The notes under the pieces were generated by a model. The model had not been told where the DNA came from, searched no databases, and saw nothing but the letters and a program-made list of their open reading frames with translations. A program made the position numbers and the translations under genes. Source: a virus (taxonomy: Duplodnaviria; Caudoviricetes). Taken from it: a DNA stretch of 64,000 nt. The stretch lies in the IMG/VR virus record IMGVR_UViG_638275558_000001, positions 65,909 to 129,908 of that record. One strand, given 5' to 3'. Positions 1-10,763 of the stretch are shown here, in pieces (within the stretch, counting starts at the first letter, position 1; each line of letters opens with the position of its first letter).

Positions 1-2
1 CA

Positions 3-368
3 CGTTTTGATGTACCTACCATTGTAGGGTACCGCATTAAACAAAGTGGTAGCGTTATTTCTTATTCTGTTACTTTGAACAATGAACCGCCGGTATGGTA
101 TGTAATTACGGCAAGCATTCCTTCCATCGATCTTTCTGATCCGATTTTTACCGATCATAGAAACGAAGCCGGCATTATTATAGGGTCGCTGTACGGGTAT
201 CTATATGATTATCAGCTTGGAGATGTCGGAAATCTTTCGGCTATTTATCGGTGGGGATCCAAGGGTATTTACTTTTATGAAGCACTGTTATATACCCGCT
301 CGCTTGACGATGCAGAATACCAGCAAGTGAACGAACACCTTGTTAAGAAATACCGATTCGGGCTGTAA
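3..368 (+). CDS. C-terminal part of a LamG/ConA-like virion protein (5' truncated by window edge)
   Basis: Frame is open from position 3; ends EALLYTRSLDDAEYQQVNEHLVKKY, a terminal motif shared with paralogs at 1659, 6063 and 41480. Confidence 0.65.
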   Translation, partial: RFDVPTIVGYRIKQSGSVISYSVTLNNEPPVWYVITASIPSIDLSDPIFTDHRNEAGIIIGSLYGYLYDYQLGDVGNLSAIYRWGSKGIYFYEALLYTRSLDDAEYQQVNEHLVKKYRFGL

Positions 369-1639
369 TGGGAAGAATAAATACGACATATTTTATTTAT
401 CTGTATTTCCCGCGTATAGATATAAGCGGTCTTGATAATATACATATTGAAATAGAAATATTGGGTGGCTTTAGTTTTACACCCGTTTCTTATACCTACA
501 ATACATCTGGCTCTTTTATTACAACAGAAACCCCCGTTGTCAGGGTGATGGAAAATCGCACACCGGATATATACCTTCATGTTGTGAGTTTAAGTGCTTT
601 ATATAGTAATTTCGACCCCTCTCTTCATTCTTGGCATATCTGGCTTGATTTCACAAGGCTTACGGCTTCTAAAACCGACGGTCAACCTGTTTATACATCG
701 GATATACAATCCATTCAGAGTGATATATCTATGGAAAACTCCGGAGGCTATACGTATTATGAAAATATTATGAATGGGCTTCCTATGGTGCGAACCAACA
801 ATACAGGATTGACAAAAACCGGTGGCATTCTGACGGATGATCCGATCATGGTAGTCGCAGCGGTTTATATCAGCCAATCCGCTACATATTGTCGTCTTAT
901 AAGCTGGGGATATAGTATTAATGAAGCATGGGATGTATATGCTGAGTTTTCTGGCGCGTTGGTAAGATTTATATTTGTCACCGATACGGCGACGGCTGGG
1001 AGCGGTCCTACTATAACCAGTGACTGGTTCAGTTATCCTCAGGGGTTTGTACTTGCCGCATGGCAAGAGGATGACGAAACCATGCATTTCCGGATTATGG
1101 ATGAAAGCGGAAATGAGTACGATTATCCTGTAATTACCGGACGCGGGGGCGGATTTTCAAACTTCAGATTGTTCGATATTTATTATCCAAGTTACAACTG
1201 GGGATTTAATAATTATGTGGGAGAAATCATTGTTCACAATGATATATATATGGTTGAAGACGTCTTTCATTATATGGCTTTCAAATGGGTGCCGGGATTA
1301 ACCGGAAGGGTGCGGATAAATCGCTTGTGGGAAAATCTTTATAAACCTGAATTATATACATCGCTCAATAGTGTTGTACTTATTACAGGCTCAACATCTT
1401 TTACCGGTTCTATTATTAATAACGATCCAATTATTCTAACTTCAATAAATAACATAGATACACTACAATGGAACCCGCAATTTACCGGATCTATTGTCAA
1501 TAACAACCCAATCATCCTAACCCCGGTAAACAACATAGATACACTACAATGGAACCCGCAATTTACCGGATCTATTGTCAATAACAACCCTGTTTTGTTA
1601 ACAACGATAAGTAACGTATTACTTTTGATGTTTAATTAA
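368..1639 (+). CDS. Putative virion/fibre protein with LamG-like domain and C-terminal 27-aa repeats
   Basis: 423 aa; start overlaps upstream stop (TAATG); ENIMNGLPMVR and GEIIVHN motifs resemble paralogs. Confidence 0.65.
   Translation: MGRINTTYFIYLYFPRIDISGLDNIHIEIEILGGFSFTPVSYTYNTSGSFITTETPVVRVMENRTPDIYLHVVSLSALYSNFDPSLHSWHIWLDFTRLTASKTDGQPVYTSDIQSIQSDISMENSGGYTYYENIMNGLPMVRTNNTGLTKTGGILTDDPIMVVAAVYISQSATYCRLISWGYSINEAWDVYAEFSGALVRFIFVTDTATAGSGPTITSDWFSYPQGFVLAAWQEDDETMHFRIMDESGNEYDYPVITGRGGGFSNFRLFDIYYPSYNWGFNNYVGEIIVHNDIYMVEDVFHYMAFKWVPGLTGRVRINRLWENLYKPELYTSLNSVVLITGSTSFTGSIINNDPIILTSINNIDTLQWNPQFTGSIVNNNPIILTPVNNIDTLQWNPQFTGSIVNNNPVLLTTISNVLLLMFN
1400..1600 (+). repeat. 81-bp (27-aa) tandem repeat, about 2.5 copies
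   Basis: FTGSI(I/V)NN(D/N)PIILT..NNIDTLQWNPQ units start near 1400, 1481 and 1562. Confidence 0.9.
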
Positions 1640-1658
1640 TAAAAAAACCACGAAAGCT

Positions 1659-3272
1659 ATGCCTTATTATTTCGAGTTTAAAGTTAGAGAACTGGATCTT
1701 GAACCGGTAAGTGTAACGCTCTCTCCGGCTCCAAGTTGGGTTTCGGTTTATAAATACAACACCCAGCCTTTTGACCAATTTTACGGAACTTATGACATTA
1801 CAGTGTTTCTGGTAGCAAACCCACCCCCGGGAACACCGGATGGTACCTATTCGATAGGGCTTACTTTGAGCGACGCGCTGGGCGGAATAACCACACATTC
1901 AGTCAATTTCATAATCAACACTTCTGGAACCATTACATTTGATCCTGTTTCGGTGCCGGGGCTCTGGGGTTGGTGGCAACCCGGAAACTGGCTTACTCAG
2001 AGCAGTGATACTTTCAATGATGTGGCTATATGGTATGACGCTTCTCCGGGGGCACATCATCTTACACTTGATAGGAGAATTACTATTTTACCATGGAATA
2101 GTACAGATGCTGGAAGTGCTTATGTCGGATCTTACATAAAAACACTTTCGGATAATTCACTTCTGTTTTCATGGAGCCATGTCAATCACCAATTTGCCAA
2201 TATGAATTATTCGTCGGGGGCTGATAACTACAAACCCGAAAATGTTTTGATTACAAAAGATACTTCTTTTTACTCCAATCAGTACTCTATTTTCTTTGTT
2301 TATAGAAATCATCTCGACTGGTTTTCTCATCGTATAACCGGAATGAGATTAACTATAAATCACTATGAATACTGGGCAACCAATATATGGGACTTTGATG
2401 TTGAACGGGGTAATAATCATCTTGCAATGCCGGTCTATTCCCCGGTGGTGATTAACAGAGCGGCGCCTTATACAACCGTCTCTTATGGATCATACTGGAA
2501 TGACGATTATAATCACGGGTTTGTCGGCGGCTGGTTTATTGCGTTCTGTCTTCCTCCCTATGCCGCTAATCCGTCAGCCAGAGACGCTTATTACTATGAT
2601 GACGGGGGCGGACTTACCACCATGAGCGTATTCAACTATGCCCCCGGCTATTACCAGAATAATGTTCCGCATCAACCTTATATTACCATATTCAAAGTTA
2701 ATAAATATGCTTCTCAAACAGATGGGTCTCTCGGTATTCACCCTATTAAATTGTTTTATTACACCAATGAAGAATATGCGTCTATGTCGCTAATTGAAAG
2801 AAACAACAGGTTCAGCAGATTTGTCTTTACTAAAGATCAGTGGAATGCTGTTGGATATATTGTTGAGGAAAATCCCCTTATTTCCAACAGCGTTGTTATC
2901 GGTTATTCCTACACTTACAGCATTTATTTCAACGAAACAACTTCCGTTACAAAATCTCTGGAAGTAACATTTTATGACATAAATGGCAATTTCAGACCCC
3001 CGACAACTTATGCTTATATTGACGGTTCAGACAACCAGCAGGCATATATAGACGTATATGGTGGGTTTGGCATAGGAACACGTTTTGCGACAGCTCAGAG
3101 TCAATATTATGCCAACACCGGTACTATAGGATGGAGAACTTATAACTTTACACCCGGGGTGTTTTCTCTCTCTTTCAAGGAATGTCTGTTTTATACCCGC
3201 GCATTATGGAACGAAGCGCCCCAGATCATGGATTATCTTATGAAAAAACACGGTATCCCGTTTGTAAGCTGA
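1659..3272 (+). CDS. Putative virion protein, N-terminal Ig/cadherin-like plus LamG-like domain
   Basis: 537 aa; APSWVSV...GTYSIGLTLSD Ig-like start; ends ECLFYTRAL...MDYLMKKHGI. Confidence 0.7.
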   Translation: MPYYFEFKVRELDLEPVSVTLSPAPSWVSVYKYNTQPFDQFYGTYDITVFLVANPPPGTPDGTYSIGLTLSDALGGITTHSVNFIINTSGTITFDPVSVPGLWGWWQPGNWLTQSSDTFNDVAIWYDASPGAHHLTLDRRITILPWNSTDAGSAYVGSYIKTLSDNSLLFSWSHVNHQFANMNYSSGADNYKPENVLITKDTSFYSNQYSIFFVYRNHLDWFSHRITGMRLTINHYEYWATNIWDFDVERGNNHLAMPVYSPVVINRAAPYTTVSYGSYWNDDYNHGFVGGWFIAFCLPPYAANPSARDAYYYDDGGGLTTMSVFNYAPGYYQNNVPHQPYITIFKVNKYASQTDGSLGIHPIKLFYYTNEEYASMSLIERNNRFSRFVFTKDQWNAVGYIVEENPLISNSVVIGYSYTYSIYFNETTSVTKSLEVTFYDINGNFRPPTTYAYIDGSDNQQAYIDVYGGFGIGTRFATAQSQYYANTGTIGWRTYNFTPGVFSLSFKECLFYTRALWNEAPQIMDYLMKKHGIPFVS

Positions 3273-3273
3273 T

Positions 3274-4260
3274 ATGCTGGAATTTACCTACAGTGGTACG
3301 TTTTCATACCCGGATAGTCAAACACTTTCCAGTTTTTACTGGATTATTAACGCCCCGTCTGGAAGTGTTGTTACTTATTCCGAAATTTTAAACCCCCCGC
3401 TTAAAGAAATCCCTATTGAAGTAACCATTTCCCTCGATACCACAAGTATACCGTCAGGAAATGTAACATGGAGTGTTAACTTTTTTGCATATACAACCAC
3501 CTCTATTACAGGAGAAGTTTATCTTTATATTTCCAATATCTCAGGATTGGAACCATATAGCATATCTATCTTTCTGACTTCAAGTTATGAGAAAGAAGGG
3601 CTCTGGAGAAATCTCGGGTTGGGTGAATCTTTTTACTGCTATTCGCTTTCCACCACTCCGAATGTACGATTTATCAAACACACCATTTCTCTTCAGAGTA
3701 TCAGTTTGATACCAGCCGGTGGTAGTATCAAATGGGAAAAACCCCCGGAAAAAACTTATTATTCTTTTTCGATTTTCGCCAAAGGGTTTTTCCTTAGAAC
3801 AGTTGATTTTGAGGGGTTGACTACAAGTCAGCTTAGCTGGTATAATGATATTCCATTTGCTGTTTCAGGAGCCTATCTGTATACCGGATCAGGATTTCCG
3901 CTCATTACTTTTATCAACCAGAGTATGCTTTATCTGGTAACTTCATCGGGGGACTTCAGTAACTTTGTTTTTAGAGATCTGACAACTAACACCGATGTGT
4001 TTTCTTTCAGTGTGGAATATCCAACGCTTTCTCTTGCAAGAATATATATCACCTACGATGGGAATGATTTTGTCATAACATTCAGCAGTACTGTTAGTGA
4101 TTATTACTATACCTATAATTTGCCCGGACTCAGTTTTTCTGATCATCTACTTATTGGGAATTATCAATCTTTTTCGGGTCATTCCGCATGGAACTCTTTT
4201 ATTGTACTTGACTATAATGCGACAGGAAGTGCGTACCAGACAATAAGCAACCTGATATGA
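3274..4260 (+). CDS. Hypothetical beta-rich structural protein
   Basis: 328 aa, S/T/Y-rich, tightly coupled to neighbours. Confidence 0.6.
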   Translation: MLEFTYSGTFSYPDSQTLSSFYWIINAPSGSVVTYSEILNPPLKEIPIEVTISLDTTSIPSGNVTWSVNFFAYTTTSITGEVYLYISNISGLEPYSISIFLTSSYEKEGLWRNLGLGESFYCYSLSTTPNVRFIKHTISLQSISLIPAGGSIKWEKPPEKTYYSFSIFAKGFFLRTVDFEGLTTSQLSWYNDIPFAVSGAYLYTGSGFPLITFINQSMLYLVTSSGDFSNFVFRDLTTNTDVFSFSVEYPTLSLARIYITYDGNDFVITFSSTVSDYYYTYNLPGLSFSDHLLIGNYQSFSGHSAWNSFIVLDYNATGSAYQTISNLI

Positions 4261-4523
4261 GCCATTTTGATGAACTACACGAACATTACAGCACCACCAC
4301 GCTCAGCGTTAACGGGGTAGTGGTAAGTCATAGTTACAGAGCATTTCCTTCGCTTAGCTACGTTGAAATTACGCTGTACAACGTACCTGCACCTACTGGA
4401 TCAAATTATTTCTTTGTTTATGATCACGTTTACAATCAAAACATATTTCTTTATGCGCTGAAACCTCAGGATATAGGGAAAGAAATTCTGGAAACGGTTA
4501 GTTTCAGGATTATTGTTGATTGA
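4257..4523 (+). CDS. Hypothetical protein
   Basis: 88 aa; ATGA overlap with upstream gene. Confidence 0.6.
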   Translation: MSHFDELHEHYSTTTLSVNGVVVSHSYRAFPSLSYVEITLYNVPAPTGSNYFFVYDHVYNQNIFLYALKPQDIGKEILETVSFRIIVD

Positions 4524-4526
4524 TCA

Positions 4527-6050
4527 TCAATAGATAATAAATTCTGGTTTTGTAAGCGTAATATTGATCTCAAACCACCCGTCTTCGATAAACAGTGCCC
4601 CTGCTCCTGAAAGTGTGTAATTTCCTGTAATTATATTGATTCTTCTGTTGAAATGGGATGTAGTCAATTCCCATATACTACCACCCGAAACAAACGTCTC
4701 AAATTCTTCTTCCTCTATAACAGGTTGATGTTCTATCTCAACCAGACTCATAGAAGCAATTATGGTGCGCCTGTAGTTGAATTCAGATATATGATTCATT
4801 TCTATTGTGCTGTAGGAAACGAGTCGGAATTGTTGATGTTCGGGAATGGTGATAACCGAAAGAGATATCCCGTCTACTTTGTGAGAAAAGAAAATTCTGT
4901 TTTGAGCGAAGTTTGAGTAAATAGAGTCGTGGGTTTTGGTATATGTCCCAAGCCCGATATATCTCAAATAATATCTTACCGGATATTCCAGACTACCGCT
5001 GAAGTTGTAGATTTTATCAAGAATGCGTTCCTGAAGTGCAGCATATCGTATTTCACTTGCTGTAAATACATAAGGTATGGTGGTGCGGATATACGGGAAT
5101 GTAATATAATCCAGTTCAGAGCCGGTAAGTGCTATGATACCTTTGAAAATCTCATTTGGAAACGTGATATAACTTATAGATAATTGTGTATAGGTATAAA
5201 GATAGGTAAGTCTCCTGTTTTCAAACGTTTCTACAAAGGAAATGGTATCCATTGAATGGCTTGCGAAGAAAAAGAGATAATTTTCAATCAGATGCTGTAA
5301 AGTAGCATTAACAAGAGATTTTGTTAAACGATTAAAATAGAGGGTTCTGTTGAAATGAAAAGATACATAATCTAACCCGTAATTATTGGTTCGAAGTGCA
5401 ATAAGATCAGTGTTTTGCTCAACAGGAGCATTTACAAACCCTGAAAGCGTTCTAAAAAGGGTATATATTTTCCCCGTCTGAAAAGCCTCTAAGTTCAATC
5501 CGATCGGATCGGTAAGATATCCCCTGAAATATTTTTCATTGCGCAATTGTGTATTGAAGCTTACGTAATAGCTGAAGGAGTAAAGGGTAGTTGGATCAAC
5601 TGTATCGTGAACAGGAGGAACAATCAAATCATAAGTCATGGGGAGAAAGTCTATTTTTTCAATGCTGATTGGATCATAAAACTCATTTTTCCACCCAATG
5701 CGGTTGAACACAAAGAACGGAGGAACTCCTTCGGTGGAATAAGTGCCAGCGGGTATGGAACCAGACAAAACGAATTCTGAATAAGTGGGTCTGTAGGTGT
5801 AAAGCCGATAGATGATAGATTGGGAATACTGAGATGTAGTAGACTGATGATATACCGAAACGGTGAACGAATGGGTTCCGGATACGAACCCACTCATTGT
5901 GATATAAAGAACCAATTCTTTGTATTCAGGATTTCCCTGATAGAAATTATCAATTATGCTGTGCGAAAAAACAAAAGGTGGAAGGGATGATACCACTTCC
6001 ACCTGATTGAGAAATACCCTTCTTACAGGGTAAGAAACTGAATAAGTCAT
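4527..6050 (-). CDS. Hypothetical structural protein
   Basis: 507 aa ORF in the fibre-like cluster. Confidence 0.6.
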   Translation of the reverse strand: MTYSVSYPVRRVFLNQVEVVSSLPPFVFSHSIIDNFYQGNPEYKELVLYITMSGFVSGTHSFTVSVYHQSTTSQYSQSIIYRLYTYRPTYSEFVLSGSIPAGTYSTEGVPPFFVFNRIGWKNEFYDPISIEKIDFLPMTYDLIVPPVHDTVDPTTLYSFSYYVSFNTQLRNEKYFRGYLTDPIGLNLEAFQTGKIYTLFRTLSGFVNAPVEQNTDLIALRTNNYGLDYVSFHFNRTLYFNRLTKSLVNATLQHLIENYLFFFASHSMDTISFVETFENRRLTYLYTYTQLSISYITFPNEIFKGIIALTGSELDYITFPYIRTTIPYVFTASEIRYAALQERILDKIYNFSGSLEYPVRYYLRYIGLGTYTKTHDSIYSNFAQNRIFFSHKVDGISLSVITIPEHQQFRLVSYSTIEMNHISEFNYRRTIIASMSLVEIEHQPVIEEEEFETFVSGGSIWELTTSHFNRRINIITGNYTLSGAGALFIEDGWFEINITLTKPEFIIY

Positions 6051-6062
6051 GGTTTCATATCA

Positions 6063-8105
6063 TCACTTAAGGATTACAAAGTGGTCAGCATGAACGTCTG
6101 CACGGTTCATAAGCGTGAAGCTACGCGCGGCAAGATACTGTTCAAGCAGGATAATATCGCGCTCCGTCGGTGATTTGATAATAACCAGTTCGTAAATGCT
6201 ACCGACAAGCGGGCGCACGCCGTCGGTACCAATTGTGAGAATATTGATTCCGTCTGGACCCACCGCCACATTGTTCATCAAGGGGATACCGGAAATCCGG
6301 AGCGAACTGTTCCCGCTGAACACACCCACTACCACCTGATCGCGGGTAGCGAGTGAAAGCGTATATTCCGTGCTGGAGCCTCCGATTCCCCAGTTGTGGG
6401 GCATTTCACAGAAAATATGGGGGTTGACAGAAAGTGTACCACCGGAGAACAACCCACCGTTGGCGAAAGAACCCACAATACCGATAGCGAACGGCTGCTC
6501 GATTTCCAGACCGGTACCTTCGAGACCCATCGACCGAAGCCATTCGTTTCCACGGAACACCACCGCCGACAATCCGTTGTATGCATCCCGCACGAAAATG
6601 GGCTGGTTATCCGGGTTGGATTGTGTGAGGGAGTAAGATAGATAAGCCGATGTTGAAACATATGCTGGCACCCACGCATCAACCTTATCGCCCGTGTTGT
6701 AGGAAGCCGTGAGGGTGTTCGCATCAAAGCGAAGCACCACTTTGGGCACCCAGCTTTCAATGGTTTCCGCCGGATCGACAAAATAGGGGATGTTATATTT
6801 CTTAGCCAGATAGTTTTCAACGTTCTGACGTTCAGCGTTGGTAAGTTTACGGTCAAACACGCATAGCTCAGCAATATAGCCTCTCAGGTTCCACCCTATG
6901 AACATATTCGATTCAACACGGTTACCGGTCTTACCTTCCATATACCGCACACCGTTGATGTAAATGCGGTCAAGCGGATATTTGGGGTGGGAAGTAGCAA
7001 AGCGAACATCGTTGGTTGTTGGCGAACCAGAGAGACCACTAATGTGGTACAGATTGACATATGAACCTGTTTCATTTTCAAGTATCACCGTAATGATATT
7101 CCAGTCATTCAGGGGTACAAAAGCGTCTGCGGGTTGTGGAACAGTATTGTACCCACCGTAAGAGTCCGGTAGTGCGTTGGAGACTCGAGGGTTGCGATAT
7201 GAAGAGTTCAAATAAATCCAGTGTTCAACCTGATTTTCTTTTACTTCAAGGCGGGGCACAATTACTGAATAACTGTGAACATTATTTTCATCAACCATTC
7301 TGAAATAAGGTACATCCGTATCGTCTGTGTTGTGAGTATCCGACTTTGGTTGAGGATCCCACATGGAGAACATCCACAGAAACCTACCCGGAATGTTTCC
7401 GTAATTTACTGAATTGTTAGGAATGGGATTAGAAGAATTGGTTGTAATATTGCTGTAATTCGGATGATAAACCCACACCGATCCACTCTGCACAAACACC
7501 CCAGATGTCGTATCCGGGAGTCTATCCAGTTTGGCAACCATGATAATGGTGCGTTCAGTATTCTGAGAATAATCTCCGGTGCCCGGATAGTTAATACGCA
7601 TAACCGAACCGGAACCGAAATACCAAGCCGGATAACCGTTGACAATATTTTCGACGAAAATAGGTTTGCGGAAATCGTTAACCTGAGTAGCTTTAAATCC
7701 GGAATATGCGGGAACAAGGTTGGGAATTTCGTCAACGTAATCGCCGGTTTCAAGCTGAGGAGTGGAGCCGTCGGCGCTCATCCAGATTTTGCAGTTGGGG
7801 ACGTCCGACGGCGAAGAATACGCATTGATCGTCTGAACATAAATGGGATAAGTGCGAACTGTTTCCGGGGTAACGCCATCGGTAGAGCGTACCGTAATGC
7901 TGTAGGTGCCCGGCGCTACACCCGACAGATCACCGTATACACTCAGAATCCCTTCGGTGCGCCCGTCGGGAAGAATGGACTGGGTAAAATCATATCCGGT
8001 AACCCAGCTCGGGGCGGCGGAAACCGTAGCAGTAATCGTATTACCGTCGTTATCGTAGATATAAATGGAAAACGTTACGGTGTTAGAACTCTGGTAAGTC
8101 GGCAT
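6063..8105 (-). CDS. Virion protein: Ig/cadherin-like domain plus two LamG/ConA-like domains
   Basis: 680 aa; DNDGNTITATVSAAPSW start; two modules ending ELCVFDRKLTNAERQNVENYLAKKY and ELVIIKSPTERDIILLEQYLAAR; TATTTAAA motif upstream. Confidence 0.75.
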   Translation of the reverse strand: MPTYQSSNTVTFSIYIYDNDGNTITATVSAAPSWVTGYDFTQSILPDGRTEGILSVYGDLSGVAPGTYSITVRSTDGVTPETVRTYPIYVQTINAYSSPSDVPNCKIWMSADGSTPQLETGDYVDEIPNLVPAYSGFKATQVNDFRKPIFVENIVNGYPAWYFGSGSVMRINYPGTGDYSQNTERTIIMVAKLDRLPDTTSGVFVQSGSVWVYHPNYSNITTNSSNPIPNNSVNYGNIPGRFLWMFSMWDPQPKSDTHNTDDTDVPYFRMVDENNVHSYSVIVPRLEVKENQVEHWIYLNSSYRNPRVSNALPDSYGGYNTVPQPADAFVPLNDWNIITVILENETGSYVNLYHISGLSGSPTTNDVRFATSHPKYPLDRIYINGVRYMEGKTGNRVESNMFIGWNLRGYIAELCVFDRKLTNAERQNVENYLAKKYNIPYFVDPAETIESWVPKVVLRFDANTLTASYNTGDKVDAWVPAYVSTSAYLSYSLTQSNPDNQPIFVRDAYNGLSAVVFRGNEWLRSMGLEGTGLEIEQPFAIGIVGSFANGGLFSGGTLSVNPHIFCEMPHNWGIGGSSTEYTLSLATRDQVVVGVFSGNSSLRISGIPLMNNVAVGPDGINILTIGTDGVRPLVGSIYELVIIKSPTERDIILLEQYLAARSFTLMNRADVHADHFVILK

Positions 8106-8139
8106 TGTTTATCCCGGTTTTGTTTTAAATATTCTTATT

Positions 8140-8391
8140 TCACTCAAAATAAAAAGTCAAATAGAGATAAGGCACAGAAATACTGCTATAGTCATTGATG
8201 GAGTCTATATAGTCTTTTCCAATATACATGTGTGTGATAACATCTCCGCTATTATAGTCATACATCAAGATGTATTCGGCTACATCGGGAGGAATGTTGT
8301 TCATAAAGAACCCTGAAAATGTTATGGAGTAAATATTTCCGTCAAACTGTTCGTCAATCATACTGACAGTTTGCGTCAGATCCCCCCCCAC
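8140..8391 (-). CDS. Hypothetical protein, possibly the frameshifted C-terminus of 8354-10060
   Basis: 83 aa; begins inside a G8 tract in the +1 frame of the upstream ORF. Confidence 0.45.
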   Translation of the reverse strand: MGGDLTQTVSMIDEQFDGNIYSITFSGFFMNNIPPDVAEYILMYDYNSGDVITHMYIGKDYIDSINDYSSISVPYLYLTFYFE

Positions 8392-10060
8392 TACCCGTTA
8401 CAACATACAAACTGAAAGATGAGTGTGTAACGTTAAATTCCGGATAATAAGAATTAACCGGCACCACTGAAAGAGTTTTTCCATAGAAAATATTTCTTAC
8501 CGCTTCTTTAAAAGCATTCATTATGGTTTCTTTTCGGTAAAAAGGTTCGGTGTTGTAAGATAGATTGATAAATCCATAGATTTTATCTCTGTATAGAGAG
8601 TAACTGTAACCTACTCTATAGTTAATTAAGTTGTATTCCTGATTTAGTGTATGGTTAACAGGCTGACTGTATACCCATTTGTAAGCAAGCCAGCGGTGTT
8701 TTTCATACATGCTGGATATAAGCGGCTTTCGAGAGATCACAGGCGATGTGTTTCTTTGAGTAGCATTTATCCAGTAATTGATAGGCGATTCCACCTTTCT
8801 GCTCATGATGTTTGTTCTATTTCCGGCAATGATCGCTCTTCTTAATGTGTGTTTATTAATCGTTTTGAACAATTGTCGATAGATAGTGCGGGTCTTGTTT
8901 TTGACAGTGTTTCCGGTTCTATGATATGCTATAAGTATCTGTCGGAGTTGGTTGAGATCAAGGAGAAAATTTTGAGTTTTCTTTACAGAAGTGAGCAGGA
9001 CGTTACCCTGAAAACTTGGAAAGAAGTCTCTGGTGGTACGGATAACTTCCCGGATTTTTAAAAGTCTCCGGTCAAAATGGGGGATATCATAGCTTGCATA
9101 AATGTTAGTGCCCCTGAAGAACAATCCGATTATTCTATCAATGGTTGTTTTATAGTTTAATTTTATTGTGCGTATGGTTAATTTTATCAAACGTTGCATC
9201 TGATTTGCTATAAGGTTAAGGTACTTTTTAAAACTCAGAAGTCTGATGGTTACATATGGCTCTAAGGTGGAATAAATGATTTTTCCAACAAATCTGACCT
9301 GTTTAATAATCTGTTGGTAAAAACGTAGCACATAGTTAACCGGTGTGTATCCGGTCAAAGTTTTAAAGAAAGTTTTATTCACCAGAGTCGATTTAATGAG
9401 TGATCTGGTCTTGATGATAGTTTTAATAAAAAAGTTTTTGATTGAATTCAACAGACTGTTAAAGGAGGTAGATATATTTAAAACTTTAAAAAATTCTTCA
9501 GTGCTCCATACAAAAGCGGAAAGCAATTTATTGAAAGTTTTTAAATTGGGAAATCTCAGTTTTAAAGTGGGGGTGTAGTTGACAGGTGTGTTTTTTGTTT
9601 TCAAGATATACTTGAACTCATTAGAACTAAGAGGTTGGTTGACAGCATTATATCCATTGAAAAGCGTAAGTGCGTAGGGGTTGTCGTAGTTGTTGTCAAG
9701 GAAAAGTCGAAGTGCTGTCGGGTCATCATTTTCTATCAACAGCGGATCATCAATCGGGTCTATATAAGGATCATAGGGAACGGAAAATATATCCCTGAAA
9801 TCGTTTGTCGAAGTATAAATATAAGATAATGTATAGTTAAAGATTACCGACTTTGTTTCATATTTGTCAGTTGAATAAAACCTGAACCGTATACTTCCAG
9901 TATACCAGTCAGGCGGAAAGGAAGATGCCGTTAAAAGATTGAGATAGGTTATAGTAGACCCGGAGTGCGATACACCAAACCAGAACTTATTGGGTGGGGA
10001 TTGTTGAACGATAAGTGGGCTGAATACTCCTCTTCCTTTGTGGTCTACTTTAAATCTCAT
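8354..10060 (-). CDS. Hypothetical protein with long basic central region
   Basis: 568 aa ORF; K/R-rich, acid-poor middle segment. Confidence 0.65.
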   Translation of the reverse strand: MRFKVDHKGRGVFSPLIVQQSPPNKFWFGVSHSGSTITYLNLLTASSFPPDWYTGSIRFRFYSTDKYETKSVIFNYTLSYIYTSTNDFRDIFSVPYDPYIDPIDDPLLIENDDPTALRLFLDNNYDNPYALTLFNGYNAVNQPLSSNEFKYILKTKNTPVNYTPTLKLRFPNLKTFNKLLSAFVWSTEEFFKVLNISTSFNSLLNSIKNFFIKTIIKTRSLIKSTLVNKTFFKTLTGYTPVNYVLRFYQQIIKQVRFVGKIIYSTLEPYVTIRLLSFKKYLNLIANQMQRLIKLTIRTIKLNYKTTIDRIIGLFFRGTNIYASYDIPHFDRRLLKIREVIRTTRDFFPSFQGNVLLTSVKKTQNFLLDLNQLRQILIAYHRTGNTVKNKTRTIYRQLFKTINKHTLRRAIIAGNRTNIMSRKVESPINYWINATQRNTSPVISRKPLISSMYEKHRWLAYKWVYSQPVNHTLNQEYNLINYRVGYSYSLYRDKIYGFINLSYNTEPFYRKETIMNAFKEAVRNIFYGKTLSVVPVNSYYPEFNVTHSSFSLYVVTGSGGGSDANCQYD

Positions 10061-10763
10061 TTTGTTCGTAGGTTATGTCATATTCGTCCAGTATCAAAGC
10101 GTTGTCAACAAATAGAGAATTTTCATATCCGTGCATGAATGGAATGGGTTCTCCATCGAGTGATATGTCTTGAATACCAATGAATATGGGAAAATACAGA
10201 CTGATCGATATATCCATTACTTCTATAATCGGATAATGATATTCGATAGTTATATTGAATACTGTTATTTCAGGGTAATTCAAACTTATGGTGAAGATAA
10301 ACCCATATTCCATAAGAGGGTGATATAGATTAATTGAAATGGTGTTGAAGTTAATGTCAAAATCGAGGGTGGATTCATATTGTGTGCTGAACGTTTTGCC
10401 GTTTATGTCGCTGAGATCAGGTGAATAAAGATAAATATTAAAATCGAGGGGGGTATCTATAATCAAAGCTTCCATATCTATATAATAGAGGTCTATATCG
10501 GCAATCTTTTTTCCTTGATAATACACATCATATTCCAGATCTTTTGAAAAACTGGTACTGAAAAAATACCGGTAAGTGTCAAACAGATCAAGAATTATTG
10601 AAACTGTGTGTTCGTTTTGGAAGACCAGACTATAACTGACATCTGAAACTAACGTCAGACTACTGGTACTTACAGGATATCTGAAATAAATGTCTCTATA
10701 ACGTAAATACCTGTCGGCTGATTCGGTATATACTTTTATTATGTAATCTGTATTAATACTCAT
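10050..10763 (-). CDS. Hypothetical acidic protein with IxIxL(Y/N)xP repeats
   Basis: 237 aa; overlaps both neighbours. Confidence 0.6.
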   Translation of the reverse strand: MSINTDYIIKVYTESADRYLRYRDIYFRYPVSTSSLTLVSDVSYSLVFQNEHTVSIILDLFDTYRYFFSTSFSKDLEYDVYYQGKKIADIDLYYIDMEALIIDTPLDFNIYLYSPDLSDINGKTFSTQYESTLDFDINFNTISINLYHPLMEYGFIFTISLNYPEITVFNITIEYHYPIIEVMDISISLYFPIFIGIQDISLDGEPIPFMHGYENSLFVDNALILDEYDITYEQNEI

